DNA of 64,000 bases from Candidatus Harrisonbacteria bacterium (lineage in GTDB: Bacteria > Patescibacteriota > Minisyncoccia > UBA6257 > UBA11618), in the NCBI GenBank assembly GCA_016867415.1, contig VGJO01000002.1:118472-182471 (forward strand), read 5' to 3'. Position 1 is the first letter of the stretch. Each line of letters opens with the position of its first letter. Below the pieces are notes generated by a model, which worked only from the letters and a program-made list of their open reading frames with translations, was not told the DNA's origin and did not search any database. Both the position numbers and the translations under genes were made by a program. Shown here piece after piece: positions 10,172 to 20,746 of this stretch.

Positions 10172-11311
10172 CTTTTTGGAGCATGCATTTCAATACTTTT
10201 AGCTAGATCTTCAATATTTTTCTTATACCAGTCTTCCCCAAAATTATCTAATAAGACTTTCCTTAAAACAGGATCATTTTTCATATCTGTTATCAATCTT
10301 CTGGTAACTCTTGCCGTAGGCACTATTCCGACTTGATAAATGTTTTCTGTATTAGGAAAATAACCATCATTAATGAGAGTGAACACATCTTTAATATAAG
10401 CAGAATTCTTTTCTAAAAAATCCTTAACCAAAGACCTATAGATTGGTAGAGTAGGATCATTGGGATAATTATCTTGAAGATGACGCAATATAGAGATTCC
10501 AAAGATCATAAAAGCCGCATTCCCCTCTGATAAATTACCCAAATCAGTTGTATTAGGATCAGAAGTTTTGATATTTCTATTACTTCTCACCATTTGTAAT
10601 CTCCATACATTACCAAAATAATAAGCGTCCATCTCATCAAAAAGATAAGACAATTGGGTCCAATAATTATTAGAAAAATAGGTTCCTGACTTTCTGCAAT
10701 ATTTAGCCATATCTTTAGGAATATAAGGTCGTTGGGTATAAGCTTGCAAAGTACTCTGAGATTGAGGGATTACATAAAAGCAAACTCTTTTTGGAGCATT
10801 TCCAGAAAATTGAATATCTTTTACTAGACAAGCAAAAGTATTAGGCTTCTTCCCAGCATTTTTAATGCATCCTACAAGCTTCGTTATAGCCATGAATTTT
10901 TTCGTGAACATTATTATCAGAAAAATTTTTAGAAAGAGCTTCTCTGCAAAGAGCATTATCGCCGCAAGAAGCAAGGTCATTTACATCATTAATACAAAAA
11001 AAATTAATATCAGATAGATCATTATTATGATTAGTAGGCCCCCGACTATTTAAAACATCGAGTTTACTCTGAAACTCATTTACATCTTTGGCTTTTATTA
11101 TATGAATAATCCTTTTACCATCTTTAAATTCAAAAATACAATTCGAACCCAAAAATCCATCATCGCGAAAAGAGATTATTTTTTTTGTTAAATTTTCTCG
11201 CACAAGAGAATTAATAGAAGAATCATCACAGGCTATTAAAGAATATCGAAGATCCTGAGCAAAAGAAAAAAAAGGAGCAAAAAACAATAGAAGAAGAAAG
11301 AAAAATCTCAT
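10168..11311 (-). pseudogene. Secreted HExxH...ExxAY protein split by a single frameshift near 10862
   Basis: ORF 11311-10862 has a signal peptide and HEKIH just before its stop. The overlapping +1 frame continues KNAGKK... with FDEMDAY to 10168. Confidence 0.55.
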
Positions 11312-11315
11312 GAAG

Positions 11316-12380
11316 TTAGAAGACACTCCCCACCAAATCAGAAGAATTAGATAATGACCTTTTACATTCTTGAACAGCTTGATCAATCTTATTATTAAAA
11401 TCATTTTTAGCAGTAGCTAAAGCAGCTAGTAAATTCTGATTATTTCTTTGGCTAACAAGATCGGACAGATCTTTAAGAGCCTCATAAGCTAATTGAAAAT
11501 TTTCATTTTTCTTAATTAATGCATCTCGGGTACACTGACCAGGAATAGTATTAGACGAAAGCGAATTATTACCTTCCGGCATAATCACCTGCGGCGGCAA
11601 CTGCATCCGAGCTAAACAATCTTTATAATCTTTATACGCTGCCTGTATTGCCGCAATCTTTTTCTCTGATTCATCTGCGTTGATAGCACAATTAAACGAA
11701 GTCAAAGTTTTTAATAACTTCTGAATCTCGGGAATAGTATTCGATACAAAGTTATCTATATTCAGATCTTTTCCATTTACATAATCCTTAACCGAATCGA
11801 CAAAGTCCACCACATCTTTCTTTTCTTTTGGAGATAAACGACAATACTTGTTTTGAGCTAAATTGACATACCGATCATAAGGCAACCCTCGAATAAGAGT
11901 AATAAGATCACTTTTTTTCTTATCTAGTTCCGCCTTATCCGGTATCGCTGGCTCCAAAAGTCCAGAATTTTTTCTCGCTTCAGTCACAAGACCGCTCACA
12001 TACGCCTCCTTATTCTCTCGCTTGGCATACGCTTCCGGGTCCCCAATCCGTCCCATCACATAGGAAGCAATGCTATTTGCATTTCCTTCGTTAATTCCAT
12101 TAAGCTTCGCCGCATCATTCGGATCAAGCGGGGTATCAAAAAGATACTTCGGTGAGGTGACATTAAAAGTAATCGTATGCGGCCCCAGTTTTCTCACGCA
12201 GGTATAGGTCGTGTGATAAACAGCGTCATCTCCCGGCTTGCACTCCGCCGCCTGCACCTCCTCCGCTAACGGAAAAATAGTTTTTTGTTTAGCAACAACA
12301 AGCAAAAGTAAACTTACAAAAATAAGAGAAAGAATCAAATATTTTTTTCTGTTATTTCCAGTATTTTTTTTCTTTTTCAT
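11316..12380 (-). CDS. Hypothetical membrane-anchored/secreted helical protein
   Basis: Lys-rich N-terminus plus TM helix, 354 aa ORF with paired Cys. Confidence 0.75.
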   Translation of the reverse strand: MKKKKNTGNNRKKYLILSLIFVSLLLLVVAKQKTIFPLAEEVQAAECKPGDDAVYHTTYTCVRKLGPHTITFNVTSPKYLFDTPLDPNDAAKLNGINEGNANSIASYVMGRIGDPEAYAKRENKEAYVSGLVTEARKNSGLLEPAIPDKAELDKKKSDLITLIRGLPYDRYVNLAQNKYCRLSPKEKKDVVDFVDSVKDYVNGKDLNIDNFVSNTIPEIQKLLKTLTSFNCAINADESEKKIAAIQAAYKDYKDCLARMQLPPQVIMPEGNNSLSSNTIPGQCTRDALIKKNENFQLAYEALKDLSDLVSQRNNQNLLAALATAKNDFNNKIDQAVQECKRSLSNSSDLVGSVF

Positions 12381-12383
12381 GAA

Positions 12384-13832
12384 TTAATTAAAATTTCTAA
12401 ATTCTGAAACACGCCACGGTTGAAGTTCAGGATGAGGATATTTATCTACATCGTAGTAAAAGACAGGAATAACACTACCGTCTTTCTGAAACTTGCTATA
12501 ATTTTTATAAGAATGAGGCTTAGCTTCCTGACATGGTACGCACCACGAAGTAGACAGTTGGAGTCGAAATGGTTTGCCGCTCGCCTTTAGTTCCTCAAAC
12601 TGATTATTATCTATTTCAAATGACATCCCTTTTCGAGGATCATCAGGCTTTAGAAGATTATTATTCGGCTGCGTCGCCGGCTTCAAACACGCTACTAGTT
12701 TAATCGGACCAGGCAATTTCACCGCCACCGTCACCTTTGATCCGCATTTTTTATCATTTTCCTCTTTAAGCCGCATAAGCTCATATTCAATCTTCGCTTT
12801 TTTGTCCGACACACTGCACGCCGCCGCTTTCCCCTCTAGTTCATTTTTCTGTTTTTCATAGGTATCGCAAAAAAACTGATCATTTTCCTTAAACGGGGTA
12901 AATGAACAATCATCCTTTTGCTTCTTCAAGCACGCCTGCACCGATTTCAAAAGATCCCCTATATTAAATTTACCTGGATCAGGATATAGATATTTCTCTC
13001 CATCTTTCTCCACGTCCGCTGTTAAGATTTTTAACTCCCACACAAGCGAATAATACGACAACAGCGGTCTTTGAGGAGGTTCAGGTAATGCATTTATTTT
13101 ATTAATGAGCTCAAAAACCACATCTCGATTCTTATTAATATCTTGGAATTTTTTATTTACTTCCACAATATTTGAACCATTCTTTGCAATGGCTGGAATT
13201 TGAAAAATTCCTTTTACATAATTTTTTCCGTTATACTTATCTGCATTATATTTTGCAATCGCCTCATTCGCCGCCTTAATCGCCTTATCGCAATCCGGAG
13301 AAACAATACACGGTTTTTCTTTTATTATTTTATAAGGACCAAAAACCTTCCCATTCTTAGCATTAGTAATAGTAATATATGACTCTCCTTTCTCTTCTTT
13401 TATTGTAACTTCATCACCAGGATAAATTAGTATACAACTAGTCTCTTCTCCATTCTCATCAACTGTACATACTTGTTCCACATTCTTATTCTTATCTTTT
13501 TCCTCCTTCTCATTCTTATATTTAACCTTACATCCTCCCTTACATAAATCAGCTAAAGAAGTATCTGAAGGAACAATATCCACTCCCGAATCATCCATCT
13601 TCCCCGAAAGACAAACTTTCAATTTCTGAGTCAGGGTTTGTACTTCTTTTTTTAGATCTTCAAGCTTAAAAAAATCATCATTATTTATGGCCTCTCGCAG
13701 TAATTCTCTCGCCTTCCTAAGTTCTTCAGAGATAGCCCCGCAATCCGGCCGGGCTTCTTGAGCAAAAGCAAATTGAAAAGAAAAAATACTCAAGAAAAAC
13801 CCCATTAAGAAAAACCAAGCGCTATATTTCAT
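12384..13832 (-). CDS. Secreted Cys-rich protein with a C-terminal thioredoxin-like WCVPC segment
   Basis: Signal peptide ending FAFA|QE; many Cys; LSTSWCVPCQEAKP...FYYDVD. Confidence 0.7.
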   Translation of the reverse strand: MKYSAWFFLMGFFLSIFSFQFAFAQEARPDCGAISEELRKARELLREAINNDDFFKLEDLKKEVQTLTQKLKVCLSGKMDDSGVDIVPSDTSLADLCKGGCKVKYKNEKEEKDKNKNVEQVCTVDENGEETSCILIYPGDEVTIKEEKGESYITITNAKNGKVFGPYKIIKEKPCIVSPDCDKAIKAANEAIAKYNADKYNGKNYVKGIFQIPAIAKNGSNIVEVNKKFQDINKNRDVVFELINKINALPEPPQRPLLSYYSLVWELKILTADVEKDGEKYLYPDPGKFNIGDLLKSVQACLKKQKDDCSFTPFKENDQFFCDTYEKQKNELEGKAAACSVSDKKAKIEYELMRLKEENDKKCGSKVTVAVKLPGPIKLVACLKPATQPNNNLLKPDDPRKGMSFEIDNNQFEELKASGKPFRLQLSTSWCVPCQEAKPHSYKNYSKFQKDGSVIPVFYYDVDKYPHPELQPWRVSEFRNFN

Positions 13833-13882
13833 AAACTCTTTCTTGAAGAATATCATAATAAAAAAAGAATGTTTTCCCCAGA

Positions 13883-15604
13883 TCACGGCATCTGCACAAC
13901 CGGCATCGTGATTCCGCCTCGACTTCGCTTATACTGCTTCGGCGGAGTATTAGAGACCTCGTTCACCGCCTCCTGTATCTTCGCCCGCTTAAGCGCCTCC
14001 TCAGCTTCTTTTAAAAGCTCCTCCGCCTCTTCTTTTAATTCCTTCTGAAGCTTCGCCCGCTTAAGCGCCTCCTCAGCTTCTTTTAAAAGCTCCTCCGCCT
14101 CTTCTTTTAATTCCTTCTGAAGCTTCGCCCGCTCAAGCGCCTCCTCAGCTTCTTTTAAAAGCTCCTCCGCCTCTTCTTTTAATCTCTTTTCTTTCATTAG
14201 TCCATTCCCCTTCATACAGTAAGATGGTAAAAGCTTTTGCACCTCCACATCACTAATTGCAAGAACTCTCAGATCGAAATCAGAAAGCTTTTTGGCATTA
14301 TCAATAAAATCACAGATATCATTCACCTTATTATCATCAATATCTTTGATATCTTTTATTTTTTGTTCAATTTCTTTCTTCATCTCACGAAGAGTGGCAA
14401 GATTTGCGTTGATTTTATTCCTATTCTTTTCTGTATTAACAACTGCTACATCCACCCATCCTAAACCTTTTCCTTCACTTAGATTTTTAAACAATTCCTC
14501 AAGCCTATTCACTCGCCCCCAAATCACCTGCAACACTGATTGTAGATTATTCTTCATCAAAACTACCTGCCCTCTATCACAAATCGCTTCTCCCTTCGAA
14601 ATCGTCAGAAAGTCGTTAATAAGTTCAGAAAGTCGTAAAAGATCCTTTTCTTCTCCGCTTCGTTTTTTACCTAGAATTAATGGATCTACTATAGTCACCG
14701 ACCCCCCAATAACCGCCACATGATTATTAGCGTTTTCCATTTGCACCAATTCATTCGCAATAGTAATAAGATACCAATTAATATTTCCTAAAAATGAAAT
14801 ATTAGAAAGCACCTCTTGCACACCTTCTAAGATCTGCTTCTTGGCACTACTTACAATAGCAAGAGAGTCTGCTAAAAATACATTTTCAATATTAGTCTTC
14901 ACTTCATTAAGTACCAGACCCTTTATAAGCTCCTCCGCCGCTCCATACTTCTCCGCAAAAAGATCTGCTAACCGCTCGATCAAATTATCGGGTGATTCCG
15001 TATTCCCTTCTACAAACTTCGTCACGTCTGTAAGAAATTCGAAGACCTCGCTTGGGAAAAGTTTGTTATCTTTTGATTTTGCGCACATAAGCGCCACTCG
15101 ACCCTTCACGCATGCTTTATACTCAGAAGACACTCGGCGAAAAAGCGACACCGCCAAATCCGTTACTACTTTCTTAAGATTTTCCAGTTTATCCTCATTA
15201 TTCTTAAAAAACTTTTGAAGCACCGTATCTACTCGAGTTCGCTGATCATTTGAAAGCCGGCTATATGACGAACTAAAAAATCCTTGGGACACCTCTTCCA
15301 TGATCTTCTGTTCAATATTGATAAAAAATTCATCCCCGCCTAACTTCTCCTCCACCGCTTCCCGAATCGCTTTCTCCGCCTCATCAGCCAAAGCCGGACT
15401 GTTTAGCATCTCATCTACAAGTGTTTTCACTTTAACACAACCCACCCTACACCTTTGTTTGATAAGATCAGCAAGAGTAGTAGGCATCTCTTGAGTCTCG
15501 GGTGATGGTTTTTTAGATACTTCTTGAGCCAAGCTAAAATAAGGAAAAGAGAAACAAACCGTACTCACTACCAAAAGAAAAATCATACCCGTTCTCGAAA
15601 ACAT
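13883..15604 (-). CDS. Secreted helical/coiled-coil protein with C-terminal tandem repeats
   Basis: Signal peptide (FSLA|QE); about 3 copies of LKEEAEELLKEAEEALKRAKLQKE. Confidence 0.75.
   Translation of the reverse strand: MFSRTGMIFLLVVSTVCFSFPYFSLAQEVSKKPSPETQEMPTTLADLIKQRCRVGCVKVKTLVDEMLNSPALADEAEKAIREAVEEKLGGDEFFINIEQKIMEEVSQGFFSSSYSRLSNDQRTRVDTVLQKFFKNNEDKLENLKKVVTDLAVSLFRRVSSEYKACVKGRVALMCAKSKDNKLFPSEVFEFLTDVTKFVEGNTESPDNLIERLADLFAEKYGAAEELIKGLVLNEVKTNIENVFLADSLAIVSSAKKQILEGVQEVLSNISFLGNINWYLITIANELVQMENANNHVAVIGGSVTIVDPLILGKKRSGEEKDLLRLSELINDFLTISKGEAICDRGQVVLMKNNLQSVLQVIWGRVNRLEELFKNLSEGKGLGWVDVAVVNTEKNRNKINANLATLREMKKEIEQKIKDIKDIDDNKVNDICDFIDNAKKLSDFDLRVLAISDVEVQKLLPSYCMKGNGLMKEKRLKEEAEELLKEAEEALERAKLQKELKEEAEELLKEAEEALKRAKLQKELKEEAEELLKEAEEALKRAKIQEAVNEVSNTPPKQYKRSRGGITMPVVQMP
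13979..14183. repeat. 72-bp coding tandem repeat (about 2.8 copies)
   Basis: CTTCGCCCGC unit starts at 13979, 14051 and 14123; near-identical. Confidence 0.95.
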
Positions 15605-15650
15605 AGATACCTTTAGTATACCGCATAGAAATAAAGAAAGAGTGTGGAAT

Positions 15651-15680
15651 AAAAAACCCGCCCATAGTTGAGCGGGGTTT
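15651..15680 (-). terminator. Intrinsic terminator
   Basis: CCCGCTCA-ACTA-TGGGCGGG followed by a T-run on the minus strand. Confidence 0.75.
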
Positions 15681-15706
15681 CGGAAAAAGATTTGGGTCTT
15701 CTTCCA

Positions 15707-15982
15707 TTACTTCTCGTCGCTTTCGGGAGAAGGGAGTGTCGGCTTCTCGGGCAAATTGAGTCCCGGAAAAAGCTGCAAGCCTTCGCGGCTCACTTTCCCC
15801 ATCGCCTGCATGGCTTGGAAAGCGTCGGTCACATCCGACGCTGTCTCGATCGAGGCCTCCAAGGAGGCCTCGATCGCTTGAGCACTCGCATCAAGCGCCC
15901 GCTCCACCTTCTTGCTCTCGAAATGGATGAGGAGAGATATCATCAGCACAAACGCGCTCGAAATACCAAAAAACATTTTCAT
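15707..15982 (-). CDS. Small GC-rich membrane-anchored hypothetical protein
   Basis: AGGAG SD, N-terminal TM helix, own promoter and terminator. Confidence 0.7.
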   Translation of the reverse strand: MKMFFGISSAFVLMISLLIHFESKKVERALDASAQAIEASLEASIETASDVTDAFQAMQAMGKVSREGLQLFPGLNLPEKPTLPSPESDEK

Positions 15983-16039
15983 GACCAGACTCCTGAAAAA
16001 GAGATTTGAATATTTTCAAACTGCCACTATTACTCATAT

Positions 16040-16069
16040 ATTATAGCATACCAGATATACAAAAGTCAA
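16040..16069 (-). promoter_or_regulatory. Sigma70 promoter with extended -10
   Basis: TTGACT-18 bp-(TGc)TATAAT; shares TATGCTATAATATA with 34116-34145. Confidence 0.7.
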
Positions 16070-16119
16070 TAGTAACCCCGAAGTTGTCAAGTACCCTTAT
16101 AAAATAAGGGTTCTAGAGA

Positions 16120-16150
16120 TTGTCATCCTAGACCACGATCCAGAATCCAG
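16120..16150. repeat. TGTCATYCC...GAATCCAG short palindromic repeat
   Basis: Related copies at 23332, 40008 and (inverted) 57611. Confidence 0.6.
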
Positions 16151-16402
16151 GGCTTGCCGTCTTTGGCGAGCCTCGCTAAAAGCGGGACCCGGAATCTCGT
16201 AGCGGAGCCCTTAGGCCACGTGGGACAGTATTCTTTCCTTTACGTGGCGAAGACCCTGGAACGGGACAAGGCTTGCCGCTTATGGCGGTATTCATAAGTA
16301 ACTAACTATTTTCTCTTAAGATGTTGTGGGCTTAACGCAGAGTAGTTTTGTACGAATTTTGCAATTTCTTTGCTCGAAATTATTAAAACGTTACACGTCG
16401 TC

Positions 16403-16528
16403 AAGCGCAGGATTTTTGGATGGAGTTTGCGATTTCTTTCCGAGGAGCCGCCGCAGCGTACTAAGAGCTAGGTACGTGAGGAGGCACCGCAGGAAAAAAT
16501 CGCAAAATCCGCCAAAAAGACCAGCTCG
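16403..16528. repeat. Family-1 repeat abutting the dnaE stop, with a truncated left-arm copy at about 16336-16378
   Basis: GCGCAGGATTTTTGGATGGAGTTTGCGATTT...CCGCAGCGTAC..GTACGTGAGG...AAATCGCAAAATCCGCCAAAAAGAC. Confidence 0.9.
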
Positions 16529-19500
16529 TTAAATAGATTTTATCTTCTCGAGTATAAATTTTGGTTCTCCGTTCCTATGACTCATTCGGCCTGAGGCGAG
16601 AATGATTCTCCCCTCCGCCCATTCAAAATTCTTATACTCCTCCACCGTCCGAGGAAATACAATCATCTCGAGTGAATCCCGCGCATCATTCAAGTTTACA
16701 AACATCATCGACTGATTATTCTTGGTAAGAATCTTTTTCACACTTGTCATGAGCCCCGCCACCGCAAAACTCGCCTTCTCATTTGTGACTCCCATCGCGT
16801 CCCTGAGTGTCCGCGCCGTAAGTTTCCCCCGATACGGATTAAACGGATGATCCGAGATATAAAGGCCGAGAAGCTCCTTCTCCCACTCGAGCTTCTGCTT
16901 CACACTCGCGGGTGCTACCTCCTTGAGCTTCAACTGCCCCTTAAACTCATCCTTCATTCCAAAAAGTGATCCCGCCGCCTTCTTCTTATACTCCCTGAGT
17001 AGCTGGCTATACCGCAAAATCTCATCCAAATTTTCATTCGCCATATTCCGCTCGACGCCGAGAGAATCAAAAACTCCGCACTTCACGAGCGCCTCAAGCG
17101 ACTTTTTATTAAGATCCCGATGCTCAATCCGGTTCAAAATATCCCGCATTGTCTTATATGCTCCCCCTCGTCCCCGCTCCTCAATCAAAAGCTTTACGAT
17201 ATTTTCCCCCACATTTTTAATCGCGAGGAGTCCAAATCGAATCTCCAGCTTCTCAGGATACGGTGCAAACTCCACCTCGCTCTCATTGATATCCGGCGGC
17301 AACACTTTGATCCGCATCTTCCGACATTCCTCCACAAGAAACGCCACCCGCTCAATATCCCCCGCATCGTTATTTAAGAGTGCCGTCATAAATTCCACGG
17401 GATAATGCGCCCGCAAATATGCTGTCTGATAGCCAATAAAGGCATAGCAGACCGCGTGCGATTTATTAAATCCATATCGCGCAAACGGTGGAAAGAGCTC
17501 CCAGATCTGGACCGCAATATGATCCGGAATTCCGTTTTCAATCATTCCTTTTGTGAGCTTCTCCCGCTGTTCTTCCAAAAGTGCCTTAATCTTTTTCCCG
17601 ATTGCCTTGCGAAGCGTATCCGCCTCAGCGAGCGTATAGCCGGCGAGATCCCGCGCGATTCGCATCATCTGCTCCTGATAGAGACCGATCCCATACGTGT
17701 CCCGCATGATTGGCTCGAGTCCCGGATGCAAATAGGTCGTCTCCTCTCGCCCATGCTTTCTCGCGATAAACGATGGGATAAGATCCATCGGCCCCGGCCG
17801 ATACGCGGCGACCAATGCCACCAGGTCATCGAGCCGTGTGGGTTGGAGCTCCTTCATATACCGCCGCATACCCGACGATTCAAATTGAAAGACTCCCGTC
17901 GTCTCCCCCCGCTGGAGCATCTCATATGTCTCTGGGTCATCAAGCGGCAAAGTATTAATGTCCACATGCCCCTTTCCGTTTTCTTTAATCAGTCGCACTG
18001 TCTCCTCCATGATCGATAAATTTTTCAGTCCTAAGATATCCATCTTAAGAAGTCCTAGAGACTCAATCGCATGCATTTCAAATTGAGTGATAATCGCCGA
18101 TTCATCCTGTGGCGCATACTGAAGCGGTACATAGTGTGAAAGCGGCTTATCCCCGATCACGATGCCGCAGGCATGCACAGACGCGTGCCGCGTGAGTCCC
18201 TCGAGCTTCCGGGACGCATCGATGATCTGCTTTGCGTCCGCCTCTTTTTCATAGAGCTCTTTGAGCTCTGGCACCGTATCCATCGCCGTCTCCAAGTCCT
18301 CATTAAATGGGATTAGTTTTGCCACCCGATCGCAAAAGCCATAGCTCACTCCAAGCGCTCGCCCCGCATCCCGCACCGCCGCCCGCGCTGCCATCGTCCC
18401 AAAAGTGATAATATTAGCCACTTGATCCTTCCCATATTTATCCCGCAGATATTGCACCACTCGATCCCGCCCCTTATCCGCGATATCGGTATCGATATCC
18501 GGCATTTGAATACGATCGGGGTTTAAAAACCGTTCAAAAAGCAAATCATATTTCAATGGATCCACGTTCGTGATCCCAGTGATATACGCCACGATCGATC
18601 CGGCCGCCGAGCCTCTCCCTGGTCCCACGATGATCCCTTGGCTCCGCGCCCAAGCTATAAAATCCTGCACGATAAGAAAATATGCCGGATACCCCATCCG
18701 CTCGATGACCGAGAGCTCATACTCCACCCGATCTAGCACTATTTTATTTGGCTCCGCCCCATACCGTGTTGGCAGTCGCCCTTCTACAATTTTTCTCAAG
18801 TATGTCGCCGCTGTCTCATCTTCAGGCAAGGGAAATTTGGGCAAAATGGTTTTCCCCAGTTCCAACGTTACCTTGCATCGCTCCGCGATTTTTCCCGTGT
18901 TCTCAATCGCCTCCGGCAAATCGACAAAACATTCCCGCATCATGGCCTCACTCCTCATGGAGAAATCATCCATCCGCATGCCGCCTGCCTTCCCTGCAAT
19001 CTTTCTTGGCCCCTGAGCCTCTCCCTCCACATTACCGCTATGCAGCTTATTGCTCATCTGCACCGCGAGCAGTATCTCATGATATGGCGCATCCTCCTTC
19101 TTCTTATAGTGCACGTCCTGTGTGGCAACCAGTGGCGCCCCGATCTCCTTGCTTATCCAAAGCAACCCCGCCCGCACTCGCTCATGATCTTCTGGAAAAC
19201 ATTTCGGGTGATGCGACACTTCAATAAAATAATTATCTTTGCCAAAAATATTCTGATGGCGCTTCGCCGCCTCCAATGCCTCCTCCCGCTTCCCCAATAG
19301 CAAGTTGCGAATCACCTCGCCCGAATAGCATCCCGAGAGCGCAATCAGCCCCTCGTGATACTCTGAAAGGAGCTCCATATCCATCCGCGGCTTATAATAA
19401 AAACCCTCAAGATTCGCCCGAGTAGTCAGCTGAATCAAATTTTTCCACCCTGTCTCGTTTTCGCAAAGAAGCGTGAGGTGATAGTACTTATTATCCACTC

Positions 19501-19753
19501 CATGCACCTTCTCGTGCCGACTCCTTGGCGCCACATAGGCCTCCACTCCCAAGATCGGCTGAATCCCCACCTTTTTGGTCTTCTCATAAAATTCGATAAG
19601 CCCATACATATTCCCGTGGTCCGTAAGCGCCACCGCTCCCATCCTCATCTCCTTTGCCCCAGCAATGATGTCCTCGATCTTCATCAGTCCATCCAAAAGC
19701 GAAAAATGCGAGTGTAGATGCAGATGGACAAAACCCCTCTTCTCCCCTTCCAT
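16529..19753 (-). CDS. dnaE: DNA polymerase III alpha subunit
   Basis: FVHLHLHSHFSLLDG PHP domain, GRGSAAGS, MPDIDTD, YGFNKSHA, OB domain. Confidence 0.99.
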   Translation of the reverse strand: MEGEKRGFVHLHLHSHFSLLDGLMKIEDIIAGAKEMRMGAVALTDHGNMYGLIEFYEKTKKVGIQPILGVEAYVAPRSRHEKVHGVDNKYYHLTLLCENETGWKNLIQLTTRANLEGFYYKPRMDMELLSEYHEGLIALSGCYSGEVIRNLLLGKREEALEAAKRHQNIFGKDNYFIEVSHHPKCFPEDHERVRAGLLWISKEIGAPLVATQDVHYKKKEDAPYHEILLAVQMSNKLHSGNVEGEAQGPRKIAGKAGGMRMDDFSMRSEAMMRECFVDLPEAIENTGKIAERCKVTLELGKTILPKFPLPEDETAATYLRKIVEGRLPTRYGAEPNKIVLDRVEYELSVIERMGYPAYFLIVQDFIAWARSQGIIVGPGRGSAAGSIVAYITGITNVDPLKYDLLFERFLNPDRIQMPDIDTDIADKGRDRVVQYLRDKYGKDQVANIITFGTMAARAAVRDAGRALGVSYGFCDRVAKLIPFNEDLETAMDTVPELKELYEKEADAKQIIDASRKLEGLTRHASVHACGIVIGDKPLSHYVPLQYAPQDESAIITQFEMHAIESLGLLKMDILGLKNLSIMEETVRLIKENGKGHVDINTLPLDDPETYEMLQRGETTGVFQFESSGMRRYMKELQPTRLDDLVALVAAYRPGPMDLIPSFIARKHGREETTYLHPGLEPIMRDTYGIGLYQEQMMRIARDLAGYTLAEADTLRKAIGKKIKALLEEQREKLTKGMIENGIPDHIAVQIWELFPPFARYGFNKSHAVCYAFIGYQTAYLRAHYPVEFMTALLNNDAGDIERVAFLVEECRKMRIKVLPPDINESEVEFAPYPEKLEIRFGLLAIKNVGENIVKLLIEERGRGGAYKTMRDILNRIEHRDLNKKSLEALVKCGVFDSLGVERNMANENLDEILRYSQLLREYKKKAAGSLFGMKDEFKGQLKLKEVAPASVKQKLEWEKELLGLYISDHPFNPYRGKLTARTLRDAMGVTNEKASFAVAGLMTSVKKILTKNNQSMMFVNLNDARDSLEMIVFPRTVEEYKNFEWAEGRIILASGRMSHRNGEPKFILEKIKSI

Positions 19754-19902
19754 ATGCCTCCATTCTAATACCTCCTTCAAACCCCGCTTCCTCTCCTGTG
19801 TATATCTTTTTCAAAAAAACATTCCTAATTTTTTTTCAAATCCACACCTCTCATCCACCGTCAAAAAGAAAAAGAGGGCCATTTGCCCTCTCTTTAGGAA
19901 AT

Positions 19903-20595
19903 TTAGTCTCCTTTTAAATAAAATATTGGAAGAATTTCTTCTTCAAGAATTTTCTTAATTTCTCCAATTCTTTGAATTTCAACCTGAGAAATAATTCCAA
20001 ATCCTTGAAGAATTCTTTGATAACCAAGAATTGTCTTTTGAGATAAGAGGCATTTCTCAGTCTCCCTGTTCCACGCACGCCTATTCTTTTGCTCCGAAAA
20101 AAAGACTTTTATCAAATGCAAGGTAGGTGTTAGAAATAAAGATCCTTTTGCAATGATTCTCAGCCTCCCTGTTCCATCAAGCTCTGCGGCAGCAATACCT
20201 TCAATTCTATGAAAGATCTTAGGTAATGTTGGAAATAGAGATCCTTTTGCAATAATTCTTGGAAGAAAAAGAAATGTGTTAAGCATCTCAAATGCCAACA
20301 TCTCCACTTGCTCCGCTTCTAAATCACTGCATAAAGAAGATAACTTTTCGGTCTCTGTCTCAAAATCAGAAAGCAAATGGACATGAGCTTCCCATTCTAA
20401 AAAATCATCCTCTTCCATGTTTTTTTCAATATATTCCAAAAACACAAAAGAAAAATGATTTAGTTCAAAGATTGATTTATAAAACAAATATCCTGCATTT
20501 TTTCCATAAATCTGATTGGTGAGAGTAAAAAAAATTTCACTCCAAAATCCTTGAGAAACCAAAAGTAGTTCTTCTTGATTCTGAGTTAATTTCAT
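19903..20595 (-). CDS. AT-rich hypothetical protein with an internal RIIAKGSLF duplication
   Basis: 230 aa ORF, GGAG upstream, downstream hairpin at about 19863-19892. Confidence 0.55.
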   Translation of the reverse strand: MKLTQNQEELLLVSQGFWSEIFFTLTNQIYGKNAGYLFYKSIFELNHFSFVFLEYIEKNMEEDDFLEWEAHVHLLSDFETETEKLSSLCSDLEAEQVEMLAFEMLNTFLFLPRIIAKGSLFPTLPKIFHRIEGIAAAELDGTGRLRIIAKGSLFLTPTLHLIKVFFSEQKNRRAWNRETEKCLLSQKTILGYQRILQGFGIISQVEIQRIGEIKKILEEEILPIFYLKGD

Positions 20596-20746
20596 TCGAT
20601 ATCTCCCTTAAAACCTAGCTATATTTAACCAGGTAATACTATAAAATTTCCAAAGTACTTTATTAATAAATATCAATTAATTAGATTATTGTCAATATCT
20701 CCCAAAAACCAAAAATATATGTAAGAATAAAGGAAATATTCTACCT

